From the IMG/VR virus record IMGVR_UViG_3300017722_000896, positions 1 through 35,485 of that record: DNA of 35,485 bases. The stretch is one strand, 5' to 3'. The stretch's first letter is position 1; every line of letters starts with the position of its first letter. This stretch comes from a virus (Duplodnaviria > Caudoviricetes). Both the position numbers and the translations under genes were made by a program. The notes beneath the pieces are model-generated. The model did not search any database, was not told the DNA's origin, and saw only the letters and a list, made by a program, of their open reading frames with translations. Shown in pieces: positions 1-9,385 of this stretch.

Positions 1-12
1 ATAATGTATGTA

Positions 13-46
13 GAAAAGAAAAAGGGAGCCATTTCTGGCTCCCTTT
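13..46 (-). terminator. Rho-independent terminator after the major capsid gene
   Basis: Minus strand reads AAAGGGAGCCA-GAAA-TGGCTCCCTTT then TTCTTTTC: 11-bp stem, GNRA loop, U tract, about 23 nt past the gp23 stop. Confidence 0.9.
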
Positions 47-69
47 CCCGAAGTCTTAGATACTACTTA

Positions 70-1482
70 TCAGTTGGTGTTACCGTGGAGGTTGGTAACG
101 CGGAAGATACGGTAGTACTGGTTGAGGTTGGCAGTCATCTTTTCGCCATCTGGAGAACCAGTGGAGTCAAGAACGAAGGGGTTAGCAACCATGCCGTAGC
201 GGGTCTTGAAGCCGATCTTGGGCTGGAAGCTATCAGGATCGACTGCACGGACCATCTGGAGTGGAACGTATGGGCAGTAGAACACGCCAGCGTCGTAGGG
301 GCTTGCACCACGGTATCCGACGCAAACGAAGTCTACACCAGACTGGACGTAAGGATCGATGTAAACGCGCATCTTGCCGTTGAGTACGCCAGCAAAGGTG
401 TTGCCAGTGTCATCAATTTCAAGCTGGTTGTTTAGAGCGGGGCTGATGTTTAGCCATCCACCCATGGCGAGAGCTGAAGCAACATCTGACGAGCAGATGA
501 TGAAGTTACCCTTACCACGACGAGTTTCCTTGGCGATCTGGTTGGCTTCGCGTTCAATCTGGAACATGAGGCCACGGAAGCGTTCAGCTGACCAACGACC
601 GTCAGAGTCAGCTAGGAGGTCGTAAACACCACCGCCGAAGCTGCTTGAGTTTAGATCGGTCTGCTTTGCACCAACCTTAGCGACATGGTAGATGCCACGA
701 ACGACTTCGCGGTTGATTTCAGCAAGAATTTCAGTGCTGAGAATGTTGGCGAGTTCGGTTTCAGCATCAAGTCCGTGAACAGCCTTGAGGTCCTGAGCAA
801 GTTCAGTGGTGTAGTCGGCCTTTAGAGCACGGGTCTTAGCCTGAACAGCAACCTTGTCGATGGTGAATGCCATCTCCTGGAAAGGCTTACCTGAGCCACC
901 GAGGTTTTCAGCGTCACCAACAAGTAGACCCTTGAAGTTGTCACCGTAGAATGAACCTTTGGTTGCACCAGTAGTACCACCGAATAGGGTTAGACCGTAT
1001 TCAGTGCTGTAGCTGGTTCCGTTTAGGTAATCGGTATAGAGAGCACCAGAACCGTTAGTACCACCTGAACCACCGAATGGAACGAATGGTTCCTGGAACA
1101 TAGCTTCCTTGCGAGGACCGCCCTGTGGGTCGTACTTGGGACGCATTGCGAAGATGAGTCCGGTTGGAGCGGTCATGGGCTGAACGCCACAGATGTCGTA
1201 AGCAATGAGGTTTGGCATTGCGCGACGAACGAGGCTGATTAGGATTGGGTCATAACCAGCGATTGAGGTTGAAGCGGGGCTAGCGACGTTGCTGATGACT
1301 CCACCGAGGGTGTTGTCTTCAGTTAGTCTCTGAGCGCGCATGGCCTGCTCTTGGTTCTCAAGAAGAACAGCAGTTACCTTGGTCTTGTAAGTATCTTCGA
1401 TGGAAGGAAGAGCGTTGTGGTTTAGAACAGGCTCCCACTTCTCAGTTAGAATGTCGTATGGGGTTGAGTCGTCAAAATTCAT
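70..1482 (-). CDS. gp23: Major capsid protein (T4 gp23 family)
   Basis: 470 aa. Hallmark motifs YDPILISLVRRAMPNLIAYDICGVQPMTAPTGLIFAMR, RALKADYTTELAQDLKAVHGLDAETELANILSTEI, FYCPYVPL, FQPKIGFKTRYG. AGGAG SD upstream. Confidence 0.98.
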   Translation of the reverse strand: MNFDDSTPYDILTEKWEPVLNHNALPSIEDTYKTKVTAVLLENQEQAMRAQRLTEDNTLGGVISNVASPASTSIAGYDPILISLVRRAMPNLIAYDICGVQPMTAPTGLIFAMRPKYDPQGGPRKEAMFQEPFVPFGGSGGTNGSGALYTDYLNGTSYSTEYGLTLFGGTTGATKGSFYGDNFKGLLVGDAENLGGSGKPFQEMAFTIDKVAVQAKTRALKADYTTELAQDLKAVHGLDAETELANILSTEILAEINREVVRGIYHVAKVGAKQTDLNSSSFGGGVYDLLADSDGRWSAERFRGLMFQIEREANQIAKETRRGKGNFIICSSDVASALAMGGWLNISPALNNQLEIDDTGNTFAGVLNGKMRVYIDPYVQSGVDFVCVGYRGASPYDAGVFYCPYVPLQMVRAVDPDSFQPKIGFKTRYGMVANPFVLDSTGSPDGEKMTANLNQYYRIFRVTNLHGNTN

Positions 1483-1513
1483 TAGTTTCTCCTAGTGTTA
1501 ATATGTATTAAAA

Positions 1514-2485
1514 TTATTTCTTTAAGTGTCTACTCAAGGCTTTGCTATAGACATCCATAACGCCTTCGGTGAGTGTTTCGGGCTCAGTTGAGGTGTCAAG
1601 AATGTCTAGAACACGGGGTTGTGATTTAAAGGCTGAGGTCTGAGTTGCTGGCTGTTGAGCAGGGGCAGCAAAATAGCTTTCCTTTAGAATTTGTAGTTTG
1701 TTACGGAATTGCTCTGGGTTTTCATATTCTAGACCTTCAGCTAGAGATGCAAGCTTCTCAACCTGAGTTGCGGCTAGACCATGAGTTTCCTGAGCAAAGA
1801 TGTTTACTGCGTGTGATTCAAGCAAGCTCTTACGAAGCTTAACATTTTCGTTGATTGCCTTGTTAAGCTCCTGGTTGCTCTCTTCGATCTGAGTGTAGAG
1901 TTCGTCAAGAACATCGTACTTCTCATCGGGGACATCGATGAAGTTGCTTTCGAATAGCTTCTTTAGACCAAAGATGAAGTTTTCAGCGAGTTCGATCTTG
2001 ATACCGCGCTCGACCTGAAGCTTATTCTGATCTACCCATTCTTCAACGACATAGGTTAGATAGTCATCGACCTTCTCAGTTAGTTCTGAAACGGTTGTCT
2101 GAAGAGCGTTGCTATATTCAGCCTGATAGTGTTCTGAAAGTTGAGCACCGATTTCACGGGCCTTCTCGTTGACGGCAGCAACAAAGATTGTCTTTGCCTT
2201 CTCAACGAAATCTTCAGATAGATTTAGATTGGCAAAAAGGGCTGCTAGATGCTCCTTTAGAGCTTCTTCTGCGCCTTCTTCTTCCTCTTCTTCGCCTTGT
2301 TTAGCGACTGGTGCAGCACCTGGCATTCCCGCAGCAGGAACCTTGGGAGTTGCAATGGTGCTCATGTTAATTTGAGCTAATCCTTCAGCTGGAGGATAGG
2401 CGGTGTTTAGAATAAACCCCTTTCCTTCTGCATCGAATGCTCCCTTACCTTCAAAATCGTGTTCAATTTGTGTACCGTGTGGCAT
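1514..2485 (-). CDS. gp22: Prohead core scaffolding protein (gp22)
   Basis: Acidic coiled-coil protein with LSEDFVEKAKTIF, VDDYLTYVVEEW, FESNFIDVPDEKYDVL, LQILKESYF; lies immediately upstream of gp23. Confidence 0.93.
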   Translation of the reverse strand: MPHGTQIEHDFEGKGAFDAEGKGFILNTAYPPAEGLAQINMSTIATPKVPAAGMPGAAPVAKQGEEEEEEGAEEALKEHLAALFANLNLSEDFVEKAKTIFVAAVNEKAREIGAQLSEHYQAEYSNALQTTVSELTEKVDDYLTYVVEEWVDQNKLQVERGIKIELAENFIFGLKKLFESNFIDVPDEKYDVLDELYTQIEESNQELNKAINENVKLRKSLLESHAVNIFAQETHGLAATQVEKLASLAEGLEYENPEQFRNKLQILKESYFAAPAQQPATQTSAFKSQPRVLDILDTSTEPETLTEGVMDVYSKALSRHLKK

Positions 2486-2502
2486 ATATTTTTCTCCGTT
2501 TG

Positions 2503-2510
2503 TATTTATA
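2503..2510 (-). promoter_or_regulatory. T4-type late promoter (TATAAATA) upstream of gp22
   Basis: Exact TATAAATA on the minus strand, followed by GGAG SD and ATG at 2485. Confidence 0.8.
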
Positions 2511-2515
2511 AATTA

Positions 2516-3196
2516 TTACTCTACTGCGCCAATACCTTTCAAGAAATTGGCCATATTTGCTCTTCTTAACTGAGCATTTGATATAGAACTAATTACCCCT
2601 AATGTAGGGACCATTAATGGTTTTGTTAAAGTCTCTAAAGATTTTTGTTTGATCGCAGAACCCATTGATCCAATAATACCTTTAGATGTTTCTTTTTGTC
2701 CTTCTTTTTGTCCAATCAAAGATTTCAATGCAGCGGCATTGATGATTACATTTCCTGCCCCCGCACCTCTAGCTTCATGCAATGGATTTGGAAGTCCAGC
2801 TGCTGCTAAAGCCTGTGCGTGATGCATTTCAGCGTTATCGGGATCGCTTGCCGCATTTTGCAAATGTCCTCTAACAACAGCACTATTTCCCAAATGATAC
2901 TCTGGGTGAGAAGGATTAAAAACTTTATCGCTAAGATTCTTAATAACGGTATCATGCTGCATTTGTTTTACGCCTGATACTCTCTGTGATTCTGTTTCTG
3001 CCTGATCTCTTGCTTGTTGCTCTTCTCTCGCAGCAGAGGTTCTAGGACCAACAAATTTATTATAAAGACCGATGAGAGGATTACTTTCTGGATTTTCTAT
3101 CTTAGAAGGTGCTTTAAATCCAAATAATCCTTCGTTCAAAACTTGCAACGAAGCAGCATTCAAAGACTTCTTTTCTTTTTCCGTCAGTGTTCTCAT
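2516..3196 (-). CDS. Hypothetical protein, possible internal head protein
   Basis: 226-aa ORF with ATGA overlap on the gp21 stop, between gp21 and gp22; N-terminal LTE/LNE motifs resemble gp21 cleavage sites. Confidence 0.7.
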   Translation of the reverse strand: MRTLTEKEKKSLNAASLQVLNEGLFGFKAPSKIENPESNPLIGLYNKFVGPRTSAAREEQQARDQAETESQRVSGVKQMQHDTVIKNLSDKVFNPSHPEYHLGNSAVVRGHLQNAASDPDNAEMHHAQALAAAGLPNPLHEARGAGAGNVIINAAALKSLIGQKEGQKETSKGIIGSMGSAIKQKSLETLTKPLMVPTLGVISSISNAQLRRANMANFLKGIGAVE

Positions 3197-3837
3197 TTGA
3201 TCTTTCTTAAGAAATCTGCAAAGAGCTTGATTGATTCTGCTTGTAACTTTCTTGAAGGAGTGTTCTTCAGGGTATTGTGATATTGAGCAATCTGCTGTTC
3301 TTTGAGAAGACCATTATCCCAAACCCATTCCTTGCCTTCCATGATTCCGTTGACGAAAGCATTTGGGGCTGAGGGGTCTGCAACAATGTCAATAGCAGCA
3401 AGCATGAAGTCTTCTTTGACAACATTTACTCCACCGCGCTTTTCCAAAGAACCCATTCCACGGGTCGAAACTCCGAGCTTGACACCTTCGCTCATCAGAT
3501 TCTTTACGATCTGACCGCATGGAGTATCAAGAATCTTGGCCTTGCCATGGAAATCATTGTTGTTCTCATAGAGCCAGGTGACTTTGTGAGAAACGCGATC
3601 AAGATTTACTGAAGGGCCGGATGGGTGATTTAGTTCACCAAGAGCACGATTCTTATTCACATATTCAGTGACATAGCGATTGGCTTCTTTAGCAAGAATT
3701 TGCTTTGGATAAACTCTGCCATTCTTGTTCTTTTGTTCGGCCTGCATGAAAACACCTTCGATGAAAAATTGCTTTTCACCGTCTTTGTTTTCGGTTAGAT
3801 ATGCTACTTCTTCTACTGTTTCTGTGATTAGTTTCAT
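3193..3837 (-). CDS. gp21: Prohead core protease (gp21)
   Basis: MKLITE start, NKNGRVYP, ALGELNHP (catalytic His), LGVSTRGMGSL (catalytic Ser region), DIVADPSAPNAFV. Confidence 0.97.
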   Translation of the reverse strand: MKLITETVEEVAYLTENKDGEKQFFIEGVFMQAEQKNKNGRVYPKQILAKEANRYVTEYVNKNRALGELNHPSGPSVNLDRVSHKVTWLYENNNDFHGKAKILDTPCGQIVKNLMSEGVKLGVSTRGMGSLEKRGGVNVVKEDFMLAAIDIVADPSAPNAFVNGIMEGKEWVWDNGLLKEQQIAQYHNTLKNTPSRKLQAESIKLFADFLRKIK

Positions 3838-3840
3838 TTA

Positions 3841-4260
3841 TTATCCGTTGTATGACATGCGAACATCAAGTCCGGTTGGAGTCTGAACGGGAGAGCCAGC
3901 TGTGTTTGGGCCTGGATTGTTTTCTTCCTCTTCTTCGCCCTCTTCTTCCATTTCCTCTTCTTCGCTCTCTTCTTCCATTTCCTCTTCTTCCATTTCTTCC
4001 TCTTCAGACATGGCCTTGCCTATTGCTTTTCTGCGATTTGAAAGATACTTATCGCTTTTATCTGAATCACCATCGTTGTCGATGTCTTCATCTTCCTTTC
4101 CAACAGGATCCATTGCTTCGTTGAAGGTTGTTTTGGCAACGCGGACATATTCTTCGGCTAGTCTTTGACCGAGCTTGACGGTCAAATCTTCGTTGATTAG
4201 GTTCTTGGCATGAACTGCATTTTCGTCAAGAATTGATAGAATGATATTTTTTGCTTTCAT
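3841..4260 (-). CDS. Prohead core protein (gp67/gp68-like), highly acidic
   Basis: Between portal and protease where T4 has gp67/gp68; helical N-terminus, [20 protein letters not shown] motif, Glu tract. Confidence 0.65.
   Translation of the reverse strand: MKAKNIILSILDENAVHAKNLINEDLTVKLGQRLAEEYVRVAKTTFNEAMDPVGKEDEDIDNDGDSDKSDKYLSNRRKAIGKAMSEEEEMEEEEMEEESEEEEMEEEGEEEEENNPGPNTAGSPVQTPTGLDVRMSYNG
3922..4005 (-). repeat. Coding low-complexity tandem repeat (EEEEM units)
   Basis: Repeated ttccatttc(c/t)tcttc units on + encode [28 protein letters not shown]. Confidence 0.8.
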
Positions 4261-4294
4261 AGTGTTTTCCCTTTCTATTTAGAAAATAATAAAG

Positions 4295-5839
4295 TTATCC
4301 TTCTGGGGGTTGTTCCTGTGTAGCAGCTTGCATTTGCATCTGCTCCATTTCAGCCTGACGCTGCTTTGCTATATCAATCTGCATTTCTGCGTCAATTTGA
4401 TTAATTTCTTCCTCAGTTTGCTTCAAAATATTCTTTCTAATGTAATTTGAGGAGTAATATTTACCGATCATTGGCTCCATAGCAGCAGCCAATTCCATTC
4501 TGGCAGAAAGAATTTCAGAATCCTTTAGATCGTTAAAATAAGAATCGCGGTTGAAAGAGAAGTTAATATGTGGGCTAATGACTTCCCAATCTTCTTCGGT
4601 GATGATTCCCTTAAGAACTAGCTGAATTCTCATCAGCTGAAGGAACATAGTTGAGAACTTATAACGCAATCTTTCAATAAATTTATAGAACTTGACCTCA
4701 TCTCGCGTAATATCAGCCGATCTTCCAAGATTGAATCCATTTTCTCCTACAAGTCTTGAGGGAGGAATATTCAAAGCGTAGTAGAGCTTTTTCTTGAAAT
4801 ATTCAACATCGGTCAATTCACCAAGATTCTGTCCCCCGTCTAGGGTAGAAATTTCAGTTCCTCTACCACCTTCGCGGCGAGGTAGCCAGTAGTCCTCAAT
4901 CATGGCCATCTGGTTTCTATCATCTTTCATTTCACCAGTTGTCTGATTGTAAATCATCTTGTTGCGATACTTATTCATAAGTTCGCGGACATACTGTTCT
5001 GCCTTTTGCTTTGGCAAGTTACCGACATCGATATAGAAAATACGACGTTCTGGAGCGCGTGAAATGCGATATACAACAATGGCATCTTCAATCTGACGCA
5101 ACATGTTTAGAGGTCTGATGGCCTTGTGGAGGTAGCCAATGACTCTCTTGGTGTTCATATCGACCATTCCGGAGTGTACGAAACAGATCGAATCTGGCGA
5201 TATTTTCAGACCAGAAGTTGGAGTAGCAATTACAGAATTCTTATCTGTGTTTGTGTAAAGATAATAATCTTCGATATCCTGAATTAAAGAAAGACTAGCT
5301 CCATCCTGCTTGGCGTTCTTTGTTTTAACTTTACGAACCTTCTTAATCTTGGTAGCATCAAGAGGAATTAATTGTCTGATTCCTTCGTTGGGATTGTTCG
5401 TATTAATTGTGATGTAATAGAAAAGCTTTGAGTCGATATACCATCGTCTAAAAATCTCAAATCCCTTATCGTGGAAGTCAAGAAGTTTTAAAATGTTATC
5501 AAACTCAAAGTACATCTTGCTTTTGATATTATCTGAGAATTCAATTTTGGATAGATCAAGCTTAATTGGCTTTCTATCCGATCCCATGACTATTGATTCA
5601 TTAGTAATCTCATCGATTGCGGTATCGCACTCTGGGAAAAGTGCCATTGCTCTATATTGTGCAATTAGAGCATTGTCGTTCTTTTGCGAACCCATGAAGT
5701 CTACGAATGTTCCGTAAACTCCTGCTCCTTCGGTTATATAAGCACCATCAAATTCTTCTGGTGTAGTAAAATTTTGTAGAGGAATAATATCTTCCTGCTT
5801 CTTTTTACTTATTTCAAATCCGAATAGATTAAGACCCAT
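4295..5839 (-). CDS. gp20: Portal vertex protein (gp20)
   Basis: 514 aa; IFRRWYIDSK, YRISRAPERRIFYIDVGNLPKQKAEQY, EDYWLPRREGGRGTEISTL, YFKKKLY..LNIPPSR. Confidence 0.98.
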   Translation of the reverse strand: MGLNLFGFEISKKKQEDIIPLQNFTTPEEFDGAYITEGAGVYGTFVDFMGSQKNDNALIAQYRAMALFPECDTAIDEITNESIVMGSDRKPIKLDLSKIEFSDNIKSKMYFEFDNILKLLDFHDKGFEIFRRWYIDSKLFYYITINTNNPNEGIRQLIPLDATKIKKVRKVKTKNAKQDGASLSLIQDIEDYYLYTNTDKNSVIATPTSGLKISPDSICFVHSGMVDMNTKRVIGYLHKAIRPLNMLRQIEDAIVVYRISRAPERRIFYIDVGNLPKQKAEQYVRELMNKYRNKMIYNQTTGEMKDDRNQMAMIEDYWLPRREGGRGTEISTLDGGQNLGELTDVEYFKKKLYYALNIPPSRLVGENGFNLGRSADITRDEVKFYKFIERLRYKFSTMFLQLMRIQLVLKGIITEEDWEVISPHINFSFNRDSYFNDLKDSEILSARMELAAAMEPMIGKYYSSNYIRKNILKQTEEEINQIDAEMQIDIAKQRQAEMEQMQMQAATQEQPPEG

Positions 5840-5852
5840 TTATTTCTCCAAT

Positions 5853-6398
5853 TCAAATACCATCTACTGTATAATAATCAAACACGAAAGTGCAATTGAA
5901 TGTAACATACTCATCATTCAACGACATATTTAGGTCGATTGGACCAACCATAAATGGCCAACAACCAACCAAATTGATTTTTCTTGATCCCGGAATAGGA
6001 TCACAATTCAGATTTAGCTGTTCTATTGTCCATGTAGGAGCTTTGTATGAATTAGGAGTAATCTGAGTTCCTGTATTTGATTCGTGACCATTTATGCCAC
6101 TGCTCCATGCATGTAGATCTCTCCAAAGTCTATTTGCATTTTGGTTATTATCGTCTAAAACAATTACAGTCCAATTTGTACCACCGGGTTGAGAACCGTA
6201 AATACGATCTCCGGGAACTAGAAGTTTTCTACCTCTATGATCAAAAACATTCGTCAATACGGATGCTTGTGGTAATGCAGCAGCACTTACTAAAAACTCA
6301 TTCCATGCTCCTCCTGGAAATGCTCCAGAAAGTTTGAAGCGATTTTTTCTAGTACCACCATAAAATTTACCTTTGAAATCTTCAATTCTTTGCGCCAT
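5853..6398 (-). CDS. gp19: Tail tube protein, paralog 2 (gp19 family)
   Basis: GGTRKNRF, AAALP, HRGRKLLVPGDR, W.V.VLDD, GCWP..VGPIDL, F.C.F.FDYY: the gp19 pattern. Confidence 0.88.
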   Translation of the reverse strand: MAQRIEDFKGKFYGGTRKNRFKLSGAFPGGAWNEFLVSAAALPQASVLTNVFDHRGRKLLVPGDRIYGSQPGGTNWTVIVLDDNNQNANRLWRDLHAWSSGINGHESNTGTQITPNSYKAPTWTIEQLNLNCDPIPGSRKINLVGCWPFMVGPIDLNMSLNDEYVTFNCTFVFDYYTVDGI

Positions 6399-6401
6399 TT
6401 T

Positions 6402-6920
6402 TTATACTCCAGTGTAATAATCGTAATTCATTCTGACACCAAAGGTGTTGAATGTATTTTCTTTCATATTAAATTGCACTGGACCAACCAAAGCTGGCCA
6501 ACATCCTTTAAGAATCATCGTTTTTATAATAGTACCATTTAAATCTAAATGATCAACCCTCCACTCCTTCTTGAGTGAAGTGAAAGAATCATTAGCTGCG
6601 GTATTTGTATTTGTAAGGTGATCGTTTATTAGCTTTTGCCACTTATGAAAAGATTTCCATAAATTGACATCTGCACCCGTATCGTCTAATACTAAAATTT
6701 CCCATGGATCGTACTGCCTGTCTCCAGCAAAATTTACTTCTCTACCTCTCCAAGGAACGGTTACTATTCCCAGATTTGATGGGGGTAAAGATGCAGTCAA
6801 TATGTGGAAAGTTGTTGTAGTATTAGCTACCCCTGTTGGCCATGATCCAGTAATCAAAAAGCGATTGCGTCTAGTACCGCCCTTGAAATTTGAAATGAAC
6901 TGTGATAAGGTTGTTGCCAT
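6402..6920 (-). CDS. gp19: Tail tube protein, paralog 1 (gp19 family)
   Basis: GGTRRNRF, ASLPPSNLG.V.VPWRGREVNFAGDRQYDPW, GCWP..VGPV, F.V...YDYY. Confidence 0.9.
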   Translation of the reverse strand: MATTLSQFISNFKGGTRRNRFLITGSWPTGVANTTTTFHILTASLPPSNLGIVTVPWRGREVNFAGDRQYDPWEILVLDDTGADVNLWKSFHKWQKLINDHLTNTNTAANDSFTSLKKEWRVDHLDLNGTIIKTMILKGCWPALVGPVQFNMKENTFNTFGVRMNYDYYTGV

Positions 6921-6923
6921 GTA

Positions 6924-8213
6924 TTATGTAGTAAAGCTCAATTCGACAAAATTTATTGTCTGTGAAGGCTTGATATACACATCTACATTGAGTTTCCTGT
7001 CTAAAATATCTGTCTGGCTATTATTAGACTCATCGCAGACAACGCGATATTCATCGATACCTTGATTGGCCAAGATAGGTTGCAAAAAGCTTTCTACGCG
7101 GAATCGTATGGTATTTCTAAGGCCAGCATCGTTTATTTCAAACAAGCCTGTGTTCAGTATCGTTTTGACACCGTTACTGACATACGAAATGAGATTTCCA
7201 TACGAAATTGATGTTTTTGCTGGAATTGCGCTTTGAGTTATTCCAGAAAAATCACTTAGCAGAAAATATTCGTTTATGCTTGCTGCATTGGCCACTTTAA
7301 GGAAAGTGTTAAGACCTCTAGCATAAGCAATACCTAGATCACTGCTTGAAGATCCAGATAGATCTGACGGCGTATCCGGAATTATTGTTTCTGCTAAAGA
7401 TACTCCATCAGCTGTAATAAAATTCTGATTTAGAATCTTTCCCCTCTCAAATCCTGCTGGAGAATACCACGGATACTGTACAAAGGATCTTGCTAATGCT
7501 CCTGCCGCATCAGATACTAAAGATACTAAAACGTATGGTAATGCAGAAAATTCATTATCTACATCATCTCTATTATAATATCTTTGTATTCTCTTTACTC
7601 CCGTTGAGCAAAAAACAAATGGCTTAAAATTTTCATTTACAGAATCAAGTCCAGAAATTCTAATACATTCTGCAAATGTCGTATTAATGTTTAGTGATCT
7701 ATTTGTAATATAGTTATTTTCAATGAACCCCGAAGCAGTTGTTGAATTGAAAATTACAGGGATCTTTGCTTCTAATATAACATCTATTTGTGTTGATGTT
7801 GTTGTACTTACCAAAGGATCATAAACAACAAATTTTACAATATTTCCATTTAAAGCAGCTTTTAATTTATTTAATCTTAGTGTTGCTGTGCCAGACATAT
7901 TTACAAGAACAATATTATAATTGTAATGTAAACAATCAACTAAAAGGTTGATGTAAAAATCCGCTTTTCTTGCCGTTGTACCAGCAGTATTTGGTAAATT
8001 TAAGTTAGAAATAAGTGATTCAAAATCAGTAATTCCAAAAGCATTAAAATTTCCATTTTGAACTAAATCAGTAAATTCAGTTATACTTGTAATTTTTTTG
8101 TAATCTTCAGTTATACTTAAAAAGTCAAAAAAAGTTTGGTAATCATAGATGAGAAAAGCAACATCTATGTCTTTTTTTGCTTCTATGGTTTTAAGCTGAA
8201 AAACTACGGCCAT
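6924..8213 (-). CDS. gp18: Tail sheath protein, paralog 2 (gp18 family, short)
   Basis: C-terminal sheath motifs PWYSPAGFERG, LFEIND...R, YRVVCDESNN, VDVYIKPSQTINFVELSF; divergent N-terminal half; TAATG coupling to the upstream sheath gene. Confidence 0.85.
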   Translation of the reverse strand: MAVVFQLKTIEAKKDIDVAFLIYDYQTFFDFLSITEDYKKITSITEFTDLVQNGNFNAFGITDFESLISNLNLPNTAGTTARKADFYINLLVDCLHYNYNIVLVNMSGTATLRLNKLKAALNGNIVKFVVYDPLVSTTTSTQIDVILEAKIPVIFNSTTASGFIENNYITNRSLNINTTFAECIRISGLDSVNENFKPFVFCSTGVKRIQRYYNRDDVDNEFSALPYVLVSLVSDAAGALARSFVQYPWYSPAGFERGKILNQNFITADGVSLAETIIPDTPSDLSGSSSSDLGIAYARGLNTFLKVANAASINEYFLLSDFSGITQSAIPAKTSISYGNLISYVSNGVKTILNTGLFEINDAGLRNTIRFRVESFLQPILANQGIDEYRVVCDESNNSQTDILDRKLNVDVYIKPSQTINFVELSFTT

Positions 8214-9382
8214 TACGATTGATTAACTGTAAATCTGAATGTAATGCTATTGACTGAGAAGTTTGGCTTGAAAGACAGATCAACAACAAATTGTCTAGCT
8301 TCAACAACAGCTGTATTGTTGTTTGATTCATCGCAAACTACTGAGTAAGAAGAAATACCTCTGCCAGACTTGATGAATTCCATGATGGCAGTAGCACCAG
8401 TTACAAATCTTGCTCTGGTTTCTGAATCGTTTATTTCGAACAACACAGAGTCGAGTAAAGGTCTGAAAGAACGCTTGATATAAGCAATCAAACGAGCAAT
8501 ACCGACTTGTCTCTTATTTACGTCAGTATTTTCTGCTGTTCTATCGCCTAGAAGGTAGATGCCTTCTGAACCGAATAAGCTATTGAAAGAATTCAAAAAC
8601 TGATCATTGATTAGATTTGTAACATCTGTATCGTTCAATGTTGGTGTTAGCGTGACGTAGCTATTTACCTTGCCTCTATTAACTCCAGCTGGAGCAAACC
8701 AGGGGAAAGCAGCAACATCAGTTCTGGCAAAGCACCCTGCGGCATCAGAGGTCATTAGTAGACCGATTGGAGCAGTTTCTCCACCGTAAATTCTGTTTCT
8801 TGTCTTTCTTCCCAGAACAGCGAAGAAAAGATCTTCATATGCAGTTACTCCAGCAATCCCAGAAATTGCAGTAAATCCTAAAGCTGAGAAAGAGGTAGGA
8901 TAAGATCCAGCACTACCAGAATAATATTCGAATGAAGATCCTATGATACCAATACAGTCTTGACGTAAAGCCACAAGACGAATAACATCATCAAATTTTG
9001 TATTATTTTCACAAAAAACACTATCAATATTTAGATCATTTCTATTTAACGCAGAAGCACCAGTAGCAGCGATTAAAATTCCACCGTATTCAAGATAATT
9101 TAGGGCAGCGTGTAATTCTCTGTCTGTAGTTACGCCTCCAGTGAAACCTCTACCAGATCCAGAGAATCCGGAGGAAAGACCCGCTAAAACAGTGGAATCA
9201 AATTCTGCAAGAAGTTCTTGAGTGTTGTTGTAGATTTTGAAGGGAGGAACAGGATTATCGCCTTCTACGAGCTTGCTATAAAACGAAACACCACATAGAA
9301 AGGCTGAAATGTGGGAAGACGCTTGTTCGGTTGCGGCAAGTGTAACGTTTGTTGCGTTTTCGTTTATGTTAATCTGTGGCAT
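8213..9382 (-). CDS. gp18: Tail sheath protein, paralog 1 (gp18 family, short)
   Basis: AALNYLEYGG, RQDC, DAAGCFARTD...PWFAPAGVNRG, LGDRT, LFEIND..TR, VVCDESNN, KPNFSVNSITFRF. Confidence 0.9.
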   Translation of the reverse strand: MPQININENATNVTLAATEQASSHISAFLCGVSFYSKLVEGDNPVPPFKIYNNTQELLAEFDSTVLAGLSSGFSGSGRGFTGGVTTDRELHAALNYLEYGGILIAATGASALNRNDLNIDSVFCENNTKFDDVIRLVALRQDCIGIIGSSFEYYSGSAGSYPTSFSALGFTAISGIAGVTAYEDLFFAVLGRKTRNRIYGGETAPIGLLMTSDAAGCFARTDVAAFPWFAPAGVNRGKVNSYVTLTPTLNDTDVTNLINDQFLNSFNSLFGSEGIYLLGDRTAENTDVNKRQVGIARLIAYIKRSFRPLLDSVLFEINDSETRARFVTGATAIMEFIKSGRGISSYSVVCDESNNNTAVVEARQFVVDLSFKPNFSVNSITFRFTVNQS

Positions 9383-9385
9383 ATA

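Noticed and set aside
4-625. Plus-strand ORFs antisense to gp23 (4..435, 374..625)
   Set aside because: Shadow ORFs produced by strong codon bias of the highly expressed capsid gene; no SD or recognisable motifs.
5853-9382. Bacterial eCIS/tailocin locus interpretation of the multiple sheath/tube genes
   Set aside because: They are embedded among capsid, portal, terminase, gp32 and gp33 genes of a T4-like phage.
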